Shown here in pieces: positions 1 to 12,100 of a stretch of DNA of 64,000 nt. Location: contig CM082587.2 in NCBI GenBank assembly GCA_040954595.2, positions 186,001-250,000 of the forward strand. The letters are read 5' to 3'. A program made the translations under genes and the position numbers. How positions within the stretch are numbered: position 1 is the first letter of the stretch; each line of letters begins with the position of its first letter. The DNA is from Balanoglossus misakiensis (Eukaryota > Animalia > Hemichordata). Under the pieces are notes generated by a model that was not told the DNA's origin, did no database searches, and saw nothing but the letters and a program-made list of their open reading frames with translations.

Positions 1-186
1 CGTCGCGAATACATTTTGAAAGATTGTCACAGAGGCGAATCTGTGACTGAAATATTGAAATGGGTGCCTCATAGCATACAAAAGAACGTGCCTCTATATA
101 TTGTTGAAAGTATAACATAATAAACACATCACAGAAATCAGTTAAAGGAGATGAAACGTTCACATAATTTATGATTACATCTGTAG

Positions 187-3100
187 GGAGAAGATGGTCC
201 AATTGGTCCCACGGGCAGAGACGGAGCTCCTGGACAGAGGGTAAGTTCTGTTCTCATATCGAGTAAATAAGCCATACTGTTTTTTTCTATACCGGTGCTT
301 AAGTATCACAATTATTTAATTGAAACACACGAGAAACCGATTACAGTCAATTTGGTGACAATTTGAGAGTTTTTCCCTTAGATGTTCATCAATTGTGTCA
401 TCTAAGTAGCTTGTAATTGAAATTCATTGACAGGGTCTTCCCGGCCCAGTTGGTCCTCAAGGTCCACCAGGAGAAGATGGCGATGTTGGTGAGGGTGGCC
501 CCCCGGGAATGAAGGGTGTAAAAGGTGCACGTGGTTTAACGGTATGTAGGCAACACATTTTTATTGTTTTACCATATATTTGCAACATTACAGTGGTGGA
601 AGCCAGAAGCTCCGAAATTATAAGTCAAGAACACTTGCTTAGAGTAAATAATTTCGAAAAAAGGTTGATTTCACACTCTCATCGTCTTATTTATAGGGTC
701 CACCTGGTAACGTTGGTGAAAGAGGTAACATTGGTATTCCAGGACCACCGGTAAGTTACATGGCCAGAAGTGCAAGCTTACATTTTTTATGGTAAATTTA
801 AACTGAATTACAAGTCCTCGATAACAAGGAAGATATAACGCCAGAATATTAACTCCCCTTCCCTCCTCCCGTCCGCGATTTTCTTCAATATTTAGGGAGC
901 AGCAGGTGACACTGGCAGACCTGGAATCATGGGACAGCAAGGTCAAAAGGGTAACGATGGACAACGTGGAGCCAGAGGTGATACTGGTCCTATTGGTTTA
1001 CAGGTGAGACTGTTTTGATAGAGTGAATTGGTTGCAGTAATGGTGTAGCTTGCTGGTGCGCACGCATGCAGGTGACGTAGTGGGGTAAATTCTAAATTGG
1101 TATGCCTCCGCGAATAGCAATTAAAATTATGATGATATTTAATGAAATTACTGAAATCAATACTGACCATATGTGATATCAACAGCCGCTATCTGATCTC
1201 ACAGAATCTACTGACAAGAGCACAGTTTGTATCACTAATTGAGCTTGAATAGTCGTAAACTGTTTTTAAACAGTGTCAACGTTTGAAATTCTGTAACCAA
1301 TGTAGATTTCTCTAACACGGTAGCAAGGGCATGAAATGACATTCGTTGGCCTTAAATGTTCGAGAATAGTATAACAAATTTACTCGTGAAATGTAAGTGT
1401 GTTGAAGCATTTAAGACCGTGTGTTCTTTTGTCAGGGAATGCCGGGAGCTATTGGTCAGAAGGGTGAGCAGGGAGACCAAGGCGCAAGGGTAAGTCTTGC
1501 AGTCCTGATTGGTTGGTCGTGCTTGGATTAAATGCCCGGATGACACCGTGAAGCAATGGCCTTACTCCCCCTGGCGGTCAGTGTACGCCAGGATGACGCA
1601 ACAGAATCCACCATTAAATTACTACGTACAAAAGTTATCATTTCGAATGTCACTTTTGTCTTGTTTTTCGTTTCGTCTGCGGTGTTTCGACTAATCGGAA
1701 AAATAATCCGGATCCGAATTTTGTTGCTACTTTATAGGGTCTTCAAGGTCCCCCGGGTCAGCCTGGCGCTACTGGTAAAACTGGCGTCTCAGTAAGTATG
1801 ACGTTGTTTACAGTTACATTATTAAAATATTCAACAAACAAATAAATATGTCAAATCAAACTCCGTAAAATACAAGTTGATTTACACATTTTGTAAAATA
1901 TGTTCAAGAAATATTGTTTCCTTAAACAGAACACTTTTTGTTTCGTTTCTCACAGGGAAATCGAGGCCCGGTTGGTCCACCAGGACCGATAGGAGACAGG
2001 GGTGAAAAGGTAATTTTCTTATAATTATCTTAAAGATTGTTTTTATTTTTTATGGATCGCTGGGACTGCTTATTGTGAACTACCGTTAGATTGATACAAG
2101 AAACTTATGCGCACAAAATACAGCTTAGAATACCCCGTCAATTCACAACGAATAATACTGTTCCTTTTTTTTCTTTTAGGGTATGCAAGGTGACATGGGT
2201 CGACAAGGAGAGCCGGGACCAGCAGGTCTCCCAGTACGTGAAACAATCTGATCTCATTAAACACTGAATCTTCAAGTTTCACTGTCAGTCAATGTTATCT
2301 AGTATGATTTGACAGTGATTTGATAACGCTACTTCCCGTCTTTTCTGAAATCATTTCACAATTAGAACACTTTAAAGTCTATGTTAGACATATGACTGTT
2401 GTCTGAAGCAAGTAAAATACCTAGATGTATAAGCAACTCAGAAGTCCTGTGGTTTTGAATTTGGTGACTGTATATGTACGATGGAGACACTTGGACTAGT
2501 TTAGTTGATAAAAATGGATTCATAAATTCATTCATTCATTGCCTTTCGTCATGCACTGTGTTAATCATTTTGTTTCCACTGCCTTTCTTGTCAGGGATTG
2601 GCGGGTCAGAAAGGAGATAGAGGAGAAGATGGAGCACCAGGTGATCAGGGTGTGGCCGGTCCAAGAGGGCCACAGGGAGAACAGGGTCAACCAGGCCCCA
2701 TTGTGAGTAAACCATGTAAATGTTGCTGCAAAAATAACTTTCATAGTCAACAAAAATATTCATAAAGCACGTGAGACCAAAAGATTTCTTGACTTTATCA
2801 ATTCCAGACACATAAGGAAAATTGCGGAAATGCTGGCCTGAAGTAAGGGTTTTCCCTCAGAATTAGAAAACATTTGCACATACTACCATGCAGGAGATTA
2901 ATATTGCCTGAATGGATTTTTAACAGTATAACTTGTCATTTAGGGACCACCGGGAATGCCAGGACCACAAGGATCTAGAGGAGTCAGTGGTCCGCCTGGA
3001 AATGATGGAAGCAAGGGAGAGCAGGGAGATCCAGGTGACATTGGTCAATCTGTAAGTGAATCATCTGATGTAATATAGGGAGTAGTTTTGACATCACGCA

Positions 3101-6100
3101 ATGTTCGTTGTTCTGTCTCAATCCATTGACTGTACATTTAAGATTCAGAGATGTCATTCTTATTAATTATTCTTTGTTAACCTTGATTCTTTCAGAGGTT
3201 TAAATAAACATTTTTTTGGGGAAGTCGCCGCCAAAGTTGTACAGTTTGTGTCAACGCTGATGTTGGCATCTATTCGTGCCAGGGCATACGTATTTTAACT
3301 GCTAATTATGGCCGAGAAACCTGGATATTAAAACTGCCCTTTGGTCAGTTTTTGCTTTTCCATATGAACGCTAATTTCTTTCTGTTTCCTTTCATTGTAG
3401 GGGCCACCTGGACCTCAAGGAGACATCGGTCCACCTGGTCCAAGGGGGCCTCCAGTAAGTGGCTGAGTCTTTATGTTAATTATGGAGTTAAATAAATGTT
3501 TATTTTCATAAATGTAACTATAGTAACCAAGCATAGTTAATTACTGTTACATCTATTGCGAAATATGCCTCATATGGGGAAGATATCATCGAAGTTTATT
3601 CAACAGTGTCATCTACAATGGAGACAGGGTTCGGCCCCATCTCTGGCCCAACCCTTACTTGTTTTATTCAAGCTTGCTGTATTGAATATTCAAAACATTC
3701 AATACATTATTCTATTTTAAATCAACCACGGATATCATGATTGTTAGGAGTGCATTGGTTCATCGTAACCAGTCACTGAACAAGTATTTTTTTTCTTTCC
3801 AAGATAACATGTAAATATACATTGAGATTGTGAAGAATCATGCCTCAGTCTATTGTTTTACTTTGTTCATAGGGTCCACCAGGAACGAATGGAATGGAAG
3901 GAGAGCAGGGCGCCAAGGGCAGTATGGGTAATAAGGGAGATCAAGGTCCGATGGGATTGGTCGGTCCAGTTGGCCCACCGGTGCGTTACCCTGTCCAAAT
4001 CTCGTTTACTAAGACAGCAAAATTACGTTCGCAGTCTGCGTGACAAAAATAGTGTAAATCCTATCGTCAGCTTTTACATATGTCTTCTAAGGATGAGAGA
4101 GTTCAAACCTTCATTTGCATACTGATCATATCTCTTGCGTCTGTATTATTTGAAGAATACTTTTTTGTTAATGAGATTGAAATCTTTTCTTTGTTTTAAG
4201 GGTCGACAAGGTCCTTCCGGTAATGACGGTCCTAGAGGACCACCTGGACCCGAGGTAACCTTTACGCAATTTTTATAACCGCATTGAATTTAACTTAATA
4301 ACTCGATCGATACATGGTTCAGTTCCAAGTACATCTACTGCATCATATTTTTGAGAGAAAAAAAACACAATTTGATAAATTAGAAGGTTATGATTAATGA
4401 GCGAAAATATGCCGTTGAACTGTTGAATCGTGTCGCACAAGCACCTCACTCTCAATGTGAAGAATTTGTGATTATACAAACTTTATGTCGTAAACGCGTT
4501 TCTAATTAATACCTGTGTTATGTACAGGGTATTCCCGGTGAACAGGGAGGACTTGGTCCAAGTGGATTGCCCGGCCCAATGGTAAGTCTTTGTTTCAGAT
4601 TTCAATCGTACTTTGTTTAGGGTATCTGCAGAAGTTATCGAAGCTTATTATTCACGTATGTTTGGGGGATATATTGTTGATTATGACATAATGTCAAAAT
4701 ATTGTCGATTTTCAGGGATTACCGGGACCGAAGGGCGACACCGGCGATCGAGGAGAGAAAGGCGAAAAGGTAGGTAGTATTCTCTGCAAGTGTGTAGTGC
4801 CTACATAATCCGTCACCAAAATGTCTTTTTAACGCAATTTCTTCGAAGACGAGTAAAGAGTTTTTACTATATTTAATGTGGAAGAATTTTCATCTCTAAA
4901 TATCAGGAAAAAGGGAAACGTCTGCATAGAAAAATAATAAAAAAACTTGTCAAAATGTTGAATATAATACCCATGCTCTCCTCACAGACCATACTCTATG
5001 TATGTATTATCGCCCTTGACGTTACAAACTGTCTCTGACACACGCGACTTATGTATCCGAGGTTAGAAGTCTTGATTTAATGTCGTTTTTATTACAGGGT
5101 GACAAAGGCGACCTTGGCTTAACGGGACCAGAGGGCCCACCTGGTGAGAAAGGGGAACCAGGTTTACCAGGTGTTGAAGGACAAATGGGACCGAAAGGCA
5201 GCCAGGTGAGTTACTTCCAATCAACTTCAAGCCATAAACAGCGTATTCAACTATCAAATATTGGCATTCGCGCAAAATTGTGGGTCTCTAACCACTGCCA
5301 TTTAACAGTTTAATTTATTTTATTTTATCGTCTCTTCCAGGGACTTTCCGGCCCACCAGGTCCTCTTGGACCGGACGGAATTCCAGGCATTCCAGTAAGT
5401 TTTCGAAATCTGTGTTTATTTCATTTCAGATTTATGAGAAAGCAGTAAACTCTACTTGGTAGAATCCCTGATTAAGGTCTAAGCAACTGAAAATCTTTGC
5501 TCCTCCCAGACTCTCGAGATTATCTTGAATTCTGGGAATTGGTTGAGCATTACAAAGTGTGATTGCATTGAGGCGTCTGTAGTCACAGACAAGTCGGAAC
5601 GACCCGTCCTTTTTGCCTACCAGCAAACATGGGCTAGACCATGCGCTGTCTGATTCTTCCAGTAACCCTTTATCTACAAAACTGTGTATTAACCCACGAC
5701 TAGAAAATCTCTGCAGCAGCAAATCACACAACTCATCATAGTCATTCACATCGCGACCACAGTGAGCAGTGAACTCCAACGCACGCCCTCGCAACTTTGT
5801 CAAAAGCATGTGGAATTTTTGCTCAGTATCCCATCCATTGACGCGCGCACACAGATGTCAAAATGCAGCTTGTAATTTACGAAATCTTTTTCACCATCAT
5901 AGCTATCAGCCTTGGCTGTATTTTGTCTCAAGTAAGACGCTGTCTATCAAATGAGCATTTTACCGGTGGGGGGGAGTTGTCTGTCTGCACGGTAACTACT
6001 GAGGGTGGATTTGTCCCTCTATTCACACCCAGACTGCTAGAATCCACTCCCGAATTCGCAGAGCCAAAAAAAGATGCGGGATTTGAATTTGCATTCGATG

Positions 6101-9100
6101 CAGCAAAAGAACGAGCGCTATGCGAATCTCTATCAGCTTGCCCTATGGTTGATAACACGGCTTTGAGCCATTGACGTCGGTGTGTCGCAACTCGCAGTGG
6201 CAGAGGGAGTGAACGCACGGTATGCCGACCGACCTGAGCGTTGCGCTCACACAAATACCAAGAAAAACCTCGGAATTACGATCCGTAGACAACTAAACCT
6301 CTCAGAGATTACAGAAAAGTGTTCCCACAAACGTGGAGAAAGGTTTGAACGAAAATATAAGAAAGATAGAGGTAAAGTACGAATTCAGATCACTACACAC
6401 GAGAGCACGATGCTCCCAGTTCAACCGCCATGTCTCGTCTGGTTTTGAATGACGAGTGGAATCACTATATATACAAGCAACAAGCCCACGTGATACAAGC
6501 TCCGCCCCCCCCCCCAATCGTGGAAGATTTAGTTTCTCCTGCTATGGGATGTCTCAGTCTGAGAATCAGGAAAAAGTTGCATTTCTTGAGATACGAGTCT
6601 TGTGTGCGGCGTTGACCTAGCAATTCCGTGACAGTATTACTACTGTCACTTTGCGCAGGCGCAGTTAGAATCCAATTATCGATCACAATTATTTCAATTC
6701 TGGACTTCAGATGAGTCCTGGACATTTATTTTAATGTATCGTTCACCTATTCATAACCTATAATTCCGTCTATTTCGTGTATTATTTTTGCAAACTATCA
6801 GCTTGCCCTATGGTTGATACACGGCTTTGAGCCATTGACGTCGGTGTGTCGCAACTCGCAGTGGCAGAGGGAGTGAACGCACAGCGTAGGTCTCGCCGTA
6901 GAGAAAATGAAGTTTACTCTGTCGATCCTGAATTGTGCACTTTATTTCTCACTTCACCATCTGGTGACATAAGTGGTGGCAAATCCATAAAATCATCAGG
7001 TTGATGTACATTGGACGCCTCAACAGACCGACCTGGAGTTTTATCAACTCCTATTTGTTCACCTTGTGGGAAACTGATTTCACTGTCGACGAATTTCTCC
7101 ATTGTACTACAGTGCACATGCGAGGCACACCAGACAAAAAAATCGATAACGCTATTCAACAATTTAGCATAAATGTATAAAAACAATAGAAGCAACACCC
7201 AAGAAAAGTCCACAGCTGCAAAACGCAGACTGAACGAACAAGCAGCACAAATCTTATCCCGCAATGCCACCAATGTAAACGGAAATTATGTCGGACTGAG
7301 GTCCCCACAATTGTCAAGCCTTAGTGAATGGCGAACCTTGGACCAAACAGCCAACTCAACGGTAGCGTAAACGTAGCACGATCGAGCCTTGACGGCGTAG
7401 ACCGGTCCGTTACAAGTCCTGGTTCGATTTACCTTGCTCACGGCAGAACGTGCGCTAACAGATGTGCTGGAAAATGCAGTATAAACTGCCAACCGACCGA
7501 CCTGAGCGTTGCGCTCACACAAATACCAAGAAAAACCTCGGAATTACGATCCGTAGACAACTAAACCTCTCAGAGATTACAGAAAAGTGTTCCCACAAAC
7601 GTGGAGAAAGGTTTGAACGAAAATATAAGAAAGATAGAGGTAAAGTACGAATTCAGATCACTACACACGAGAGCACGATGCTCCCAGTTCAACCGCCATG
7701 TCTCGTCTGGTTTTGAATGACGAGTGGAATCACTATATATACAAGCAACAAGCCCACGTGATACAAGCTCCGCCCCCCCCAATCGTGGAAGATTTAGTTT
7801 CTCCTGCTATGGGATGTCTCAGTCTGAGAATCAGGAAAAAGTTGCATTTCTTGAGATACGAGTCTTGTGTGCGGCGTTGACCTAGCAATTCCGTGACAGT
7901 ATTACTACTGTCACTTTGCGCAGGCGCAGTTAGAATCCAATTATCGATCACAATTATTTCAATTCTGGACTTCAGATGAGTCCTGGACATTTATTTTAAT
8001 GTATCGTTCACCTATTCATAACCTATAATTCCGTCTATTTCGTGTATTATTTTTGCAAACTATCAGCTTGCCCTATGGTTGATACACGGCTTTGAGCCAT
8101 TGACGTCGGTGTGTCGCAACTCGCAGTGGCAGAGGGAGTGAACGCACAGCGTAGGTCTCGCCGTAGAGAAAATGAAGTTTACTCTGTCGATCCTGAATTG
8201 TGCACTTTATTTCTCACTTCACCATCTGGTGACATAAGTGGTGGCAAATCCATAAAATCATCAGGTTGATGTACATTGGACGCCTCAACAGACCGACCTG
8301 GAGTTTTATCAACTCCTATTTGTTCACCTTGTGGGAAACTGATTTCACTGTCGACGAATTTCTCCATTGTACTACAGTGCACATGCGAGGCACACCAGAC
8401 AAAAAAATCGATAACGCTATTCAACAATTTAGCATAAATGTATAAAAACAATAGAAGCAACACCCAAGAAAAGTCCACAGCTGCAAAACGCAGACTGAAC
8501 GAACAAGCAGCACAAATCTTATCCCGCAATGCCACCAATGTAAACGGAAATTATGTCGGACTGAGGTCCCCACAATTGTCAAGCCTTAGTGAATGGCGAA
8601 CCTTGGACCAAACAGCCAACTCAACGGTAGCGTAAACGTAGCACGATCGAGCCTTGACGGCGTAGACCGGTCCGTTACAAGTCCTGGTTCGATTTACCTT
8701 GCTCACGGCAGAACGTGCGCTAACAGATGTGCTGGAAAATGCAGTATAAACTGCCAACCGACCGACCTGAGCGTTGCGCTCACACAAATACCAAGAAAAA
8801 CCTCGGAATTACGATCCGTAGACAACTAAACCTCTCAGAGATTACAGAAAAGTGTTCCCACAAACGTGGAGAAAGGTTTGAACGAAAATATAAGAAAGAT
8901 AGAGGTAAAGTACGAATTCAGATCACTACACACGAGAGCACGATGCTCCCAGTTCAACCGCCATGTCTCGTCTGGTTTTGAATGACGAGTGGAATCACTA
9001 TATATACAAGCAACAAGCCCACGTGATACAAGCTCCGCCCCCCCCAATCGTGGAAGATTTAGTTTCTCCTGCTATGGGATGTCTCAGTCTGAGAATCAGG

Positions 9101-12100
9101 AAAAAGTTGCATTTCTTGAGATACGAGTCTTGTGTGCGGCGTTGACCTAGCAATTCCGTGACAGTATTACTACTGTCACTTTGCGCAGGCGCAGTTAGAA
9201 TCCAATTATCGATCACAATTATTTCAATTCTGGACTTCAGATGAGTCCTGGACGTTTATTTTAATGTATCGTTCACCTATTCATAACCTATAATTCCGTC
9301 TATTTCGTGTATTATTTTTGCAAACTATCAGCTTGCCCTATGGTTGATACACGGCTTTGAGCCATTGATGTCGGTGTGTCGCAACTCGCAGTGGCAGAGG
9401 GAGTGAACGCACAGCGTAGGTCTCGCCGTAGAGAAAATGAAGTTTACTCTGTCGATCCTGAATTGTGCACTTTATTTCTCACTTCACCATCTGGTGACAT
9501 AAGTGGTGGCAAATCCATAAAATCATCAGGTTGATGTACATTGGACGCCTCAACAGACCGACCTGGAGTTTTATCAACTCCTGTTTGTTCACCTTGTGGG
9601 AAACTGATTTCACTGTCGACGAATTTCTCCATTGTACTACAGTGCACATGCGAGGCACACCAGACAAAAAAATCGATAACGCTATTCAACAATTTAGCAT
9701 AAATGTATAAAAACAATAGAAGCAACACCCAAGAAAAGTCCACAGCTGCAAAACGCAGACTGAACGAACAAGCAGCACAAATCTTATCCCGCAATGCCAC
9801 CAATGTAAACGGAAATTAAGTCGGACTGAGGTCCACACAATTGTCAAGCCTTAGTGAATGGCGAACCTTGGACCAAACAGTCAACTCAACGGTAGCGTAA
9901 ACGTAGCACGATCGAGCCTTGACGGCGTAGACCGGTCCGTTACAAGTCCTGGTTCGATTTACCTTGCTCACGGCAGAACGTGCGCTAACAGATGTGCTGG
10001 AAAATGCAGTATAAACTGCCAACCGACCGACCTGAGCGTTGCGCTCACACAAATACCAAGAAAAACCTCGGAATTACGATCCGTAGACAACTAAACCTCT
10101 CAGAGATTACAGAAAAGTGTTCCCACAAACGTGGAGAAAGGTTTGAACGAAAATATAAGAAAGATAGAGGTAAAGTACGAATTCAGATCACTACACACGA
10201 GAGCACGATGCTCCCAGTTCAACCGCCATGTCTCGTCTGGTTTTGAATGACGAGTGGAATCACTATATATACAAGCAACAAGCCCACGTGATACAAGCTC
10301 CGCCCCCCCAATCGTGGAAGATTTAGTTTCTCCTGCTATGGGATGTCTCAGTCTGAGAATCAGGAAAAAGTTGCATTTCTTGAGATACGAGTCTTGTGTG
10401 CGGCGTTGACCTAGCAATTCCGTGACAGTATTACTACTGTCACTTTGCGCAGGCGCAGTTAGAATCCAATTATCGATCACAATTATTTCAATTCTGGACT
10501 TCAGATGAGTCCTGGACGTTTATTTTAATGTATCGTTCACCTATTCATAACCTATAATTCCGTCTATTTCGTGTATTATTTTTGCAAACTATCAGCTTGC
10601 CCTATGGTTGATACACGGCTTTGAGCCATTGATGTCGGTGTGTCGCAACTCGCAGTGGCAGAGGGAGTGAACGCACAGCGTAGGTCTCGCCGTAGAGAAA
10701 ATGAAGTTTACTCTATCGATCCTGAATTGTGCACTTTATTTCTCACTTCACCATCTGGTGACATAAGTGGTGGCAAATCCATAAAATCATCAGGTTGATG
10801 TACATTGGACGCCTCAACAGACCGACCTGGAGTTTTATCAACTCCTGTTTGTTCACCTTGTGGGAAACTGATTTCACTGTCGACGAATTTCTCCATTGTA
10901 CTACAGTGCACATGCGAGGCACACCAGACAAAAAAATCGATAACGCTATTCAACAATTTAGCATAAATGTATAAAAACAATAGAAGCAACACCCAAGAAA
11001 AGTCCACAGCTGCAAAACGCAGACTGAACGAACAAGCAGCACAAATCTTATCCCGCAATGCCACCAATGTAAACGGAAATTAAGTCGGACTGAGGTCCAC
11101 ACAATTGTCAAGCCTTAGTGAATGGCGAACCTTGGACCAAACAGTCAACTCAACGGTAGCGTAAACGTAGCACGATCGAGCCTTGACGGCGTAGACCGGT
11201 CCGTTACAAGTCCTGGTTCGATTTACCTTGCTCACGGCAGAACGTGCGCTAACAGATGTGCTGGAAAGACCGACCGACCTGAGCGTTGCGCTCACATAAA
11301 TACCAAGAAAAACCTCGGAATTACGATCCGTAGACAACTAAACCTCTCAGAGATTACAGAAAAGTGTTCCCACAAACGTGGAGAAAGGTTTGAACGAAAA
11401 TATAAGAAAGATAGAGGTAAAGTACGAATTCAGATCACTACACACGAGAGCACGATGCTCCCAGTTCAACCGCCATGTCTCGTCTGGTTTTGAATGACGA
11501 GTGGAATCACTATATATACAAGCAACAAGCCCACGTGATACAAGCTCCGCCCCCCCCAATCGTGGAAGATTTAGTTTCTCCTGCTATGGGATGTCTCAGT
11601 CTGAGAATCAGGAAAAAGTTGCATTTCTTGAGATACGAGTCTTGTGTGCGGCGTTGACCTAGCAATTCCGTGACAGTATTACTACTGTCACTTTGCGCAG
11701 GCGCAGTTAGAATCCAAATATCGATCACAATTATTTCAATTCTGGACTTCAGATGAGTCCTGGACGTTTATTTTAATGTATCGTTCACCTATTCATAACC
11801 TATAATTCCGTCTATTTCGTGTATTATTTTTGCAAACTATCAGCTTGCCCTATGGTTGATACACGGCTTTGAGCCATTGACGTCGGTGTGTCGCAACTCG
11901 CAGTGGCAGAGGGAGTGAACGCACAGCGTAGGTCTCGCCGTAGAGAAAATGAAGTTTACTCTGTCGATCCTGAATTGTGCACTTTATTTCTCACTTCACC
12001 ATCTGGTGACATAAGTGGTGGCAAATCCATAAAATCATCAGGTTGATGTACATTGGACGCCTCAACAGACCGACCTGGAGTTTTATCAACTCCTGTTTGT

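Noticed and set aside
6700-6735. Hammerhead-ribozyme-like CAGATGAGTCCTGGAC(A/G)TTT in each repeat unit (retrozyme idea)
   Set aside because: The core needs CUGANGA and GAAA. Here it is CAGAUGA and GUUU/AUUU with a 1-nt loop, and no stems I or III are evident.
7274-7414. Alternative 141-bp LTR bounded by TGTAAACGG...CCGTTACA
   Set aside because: The 625-bp boundary gives a longer inverted repeat and includes the TATA/GC-box promoter.
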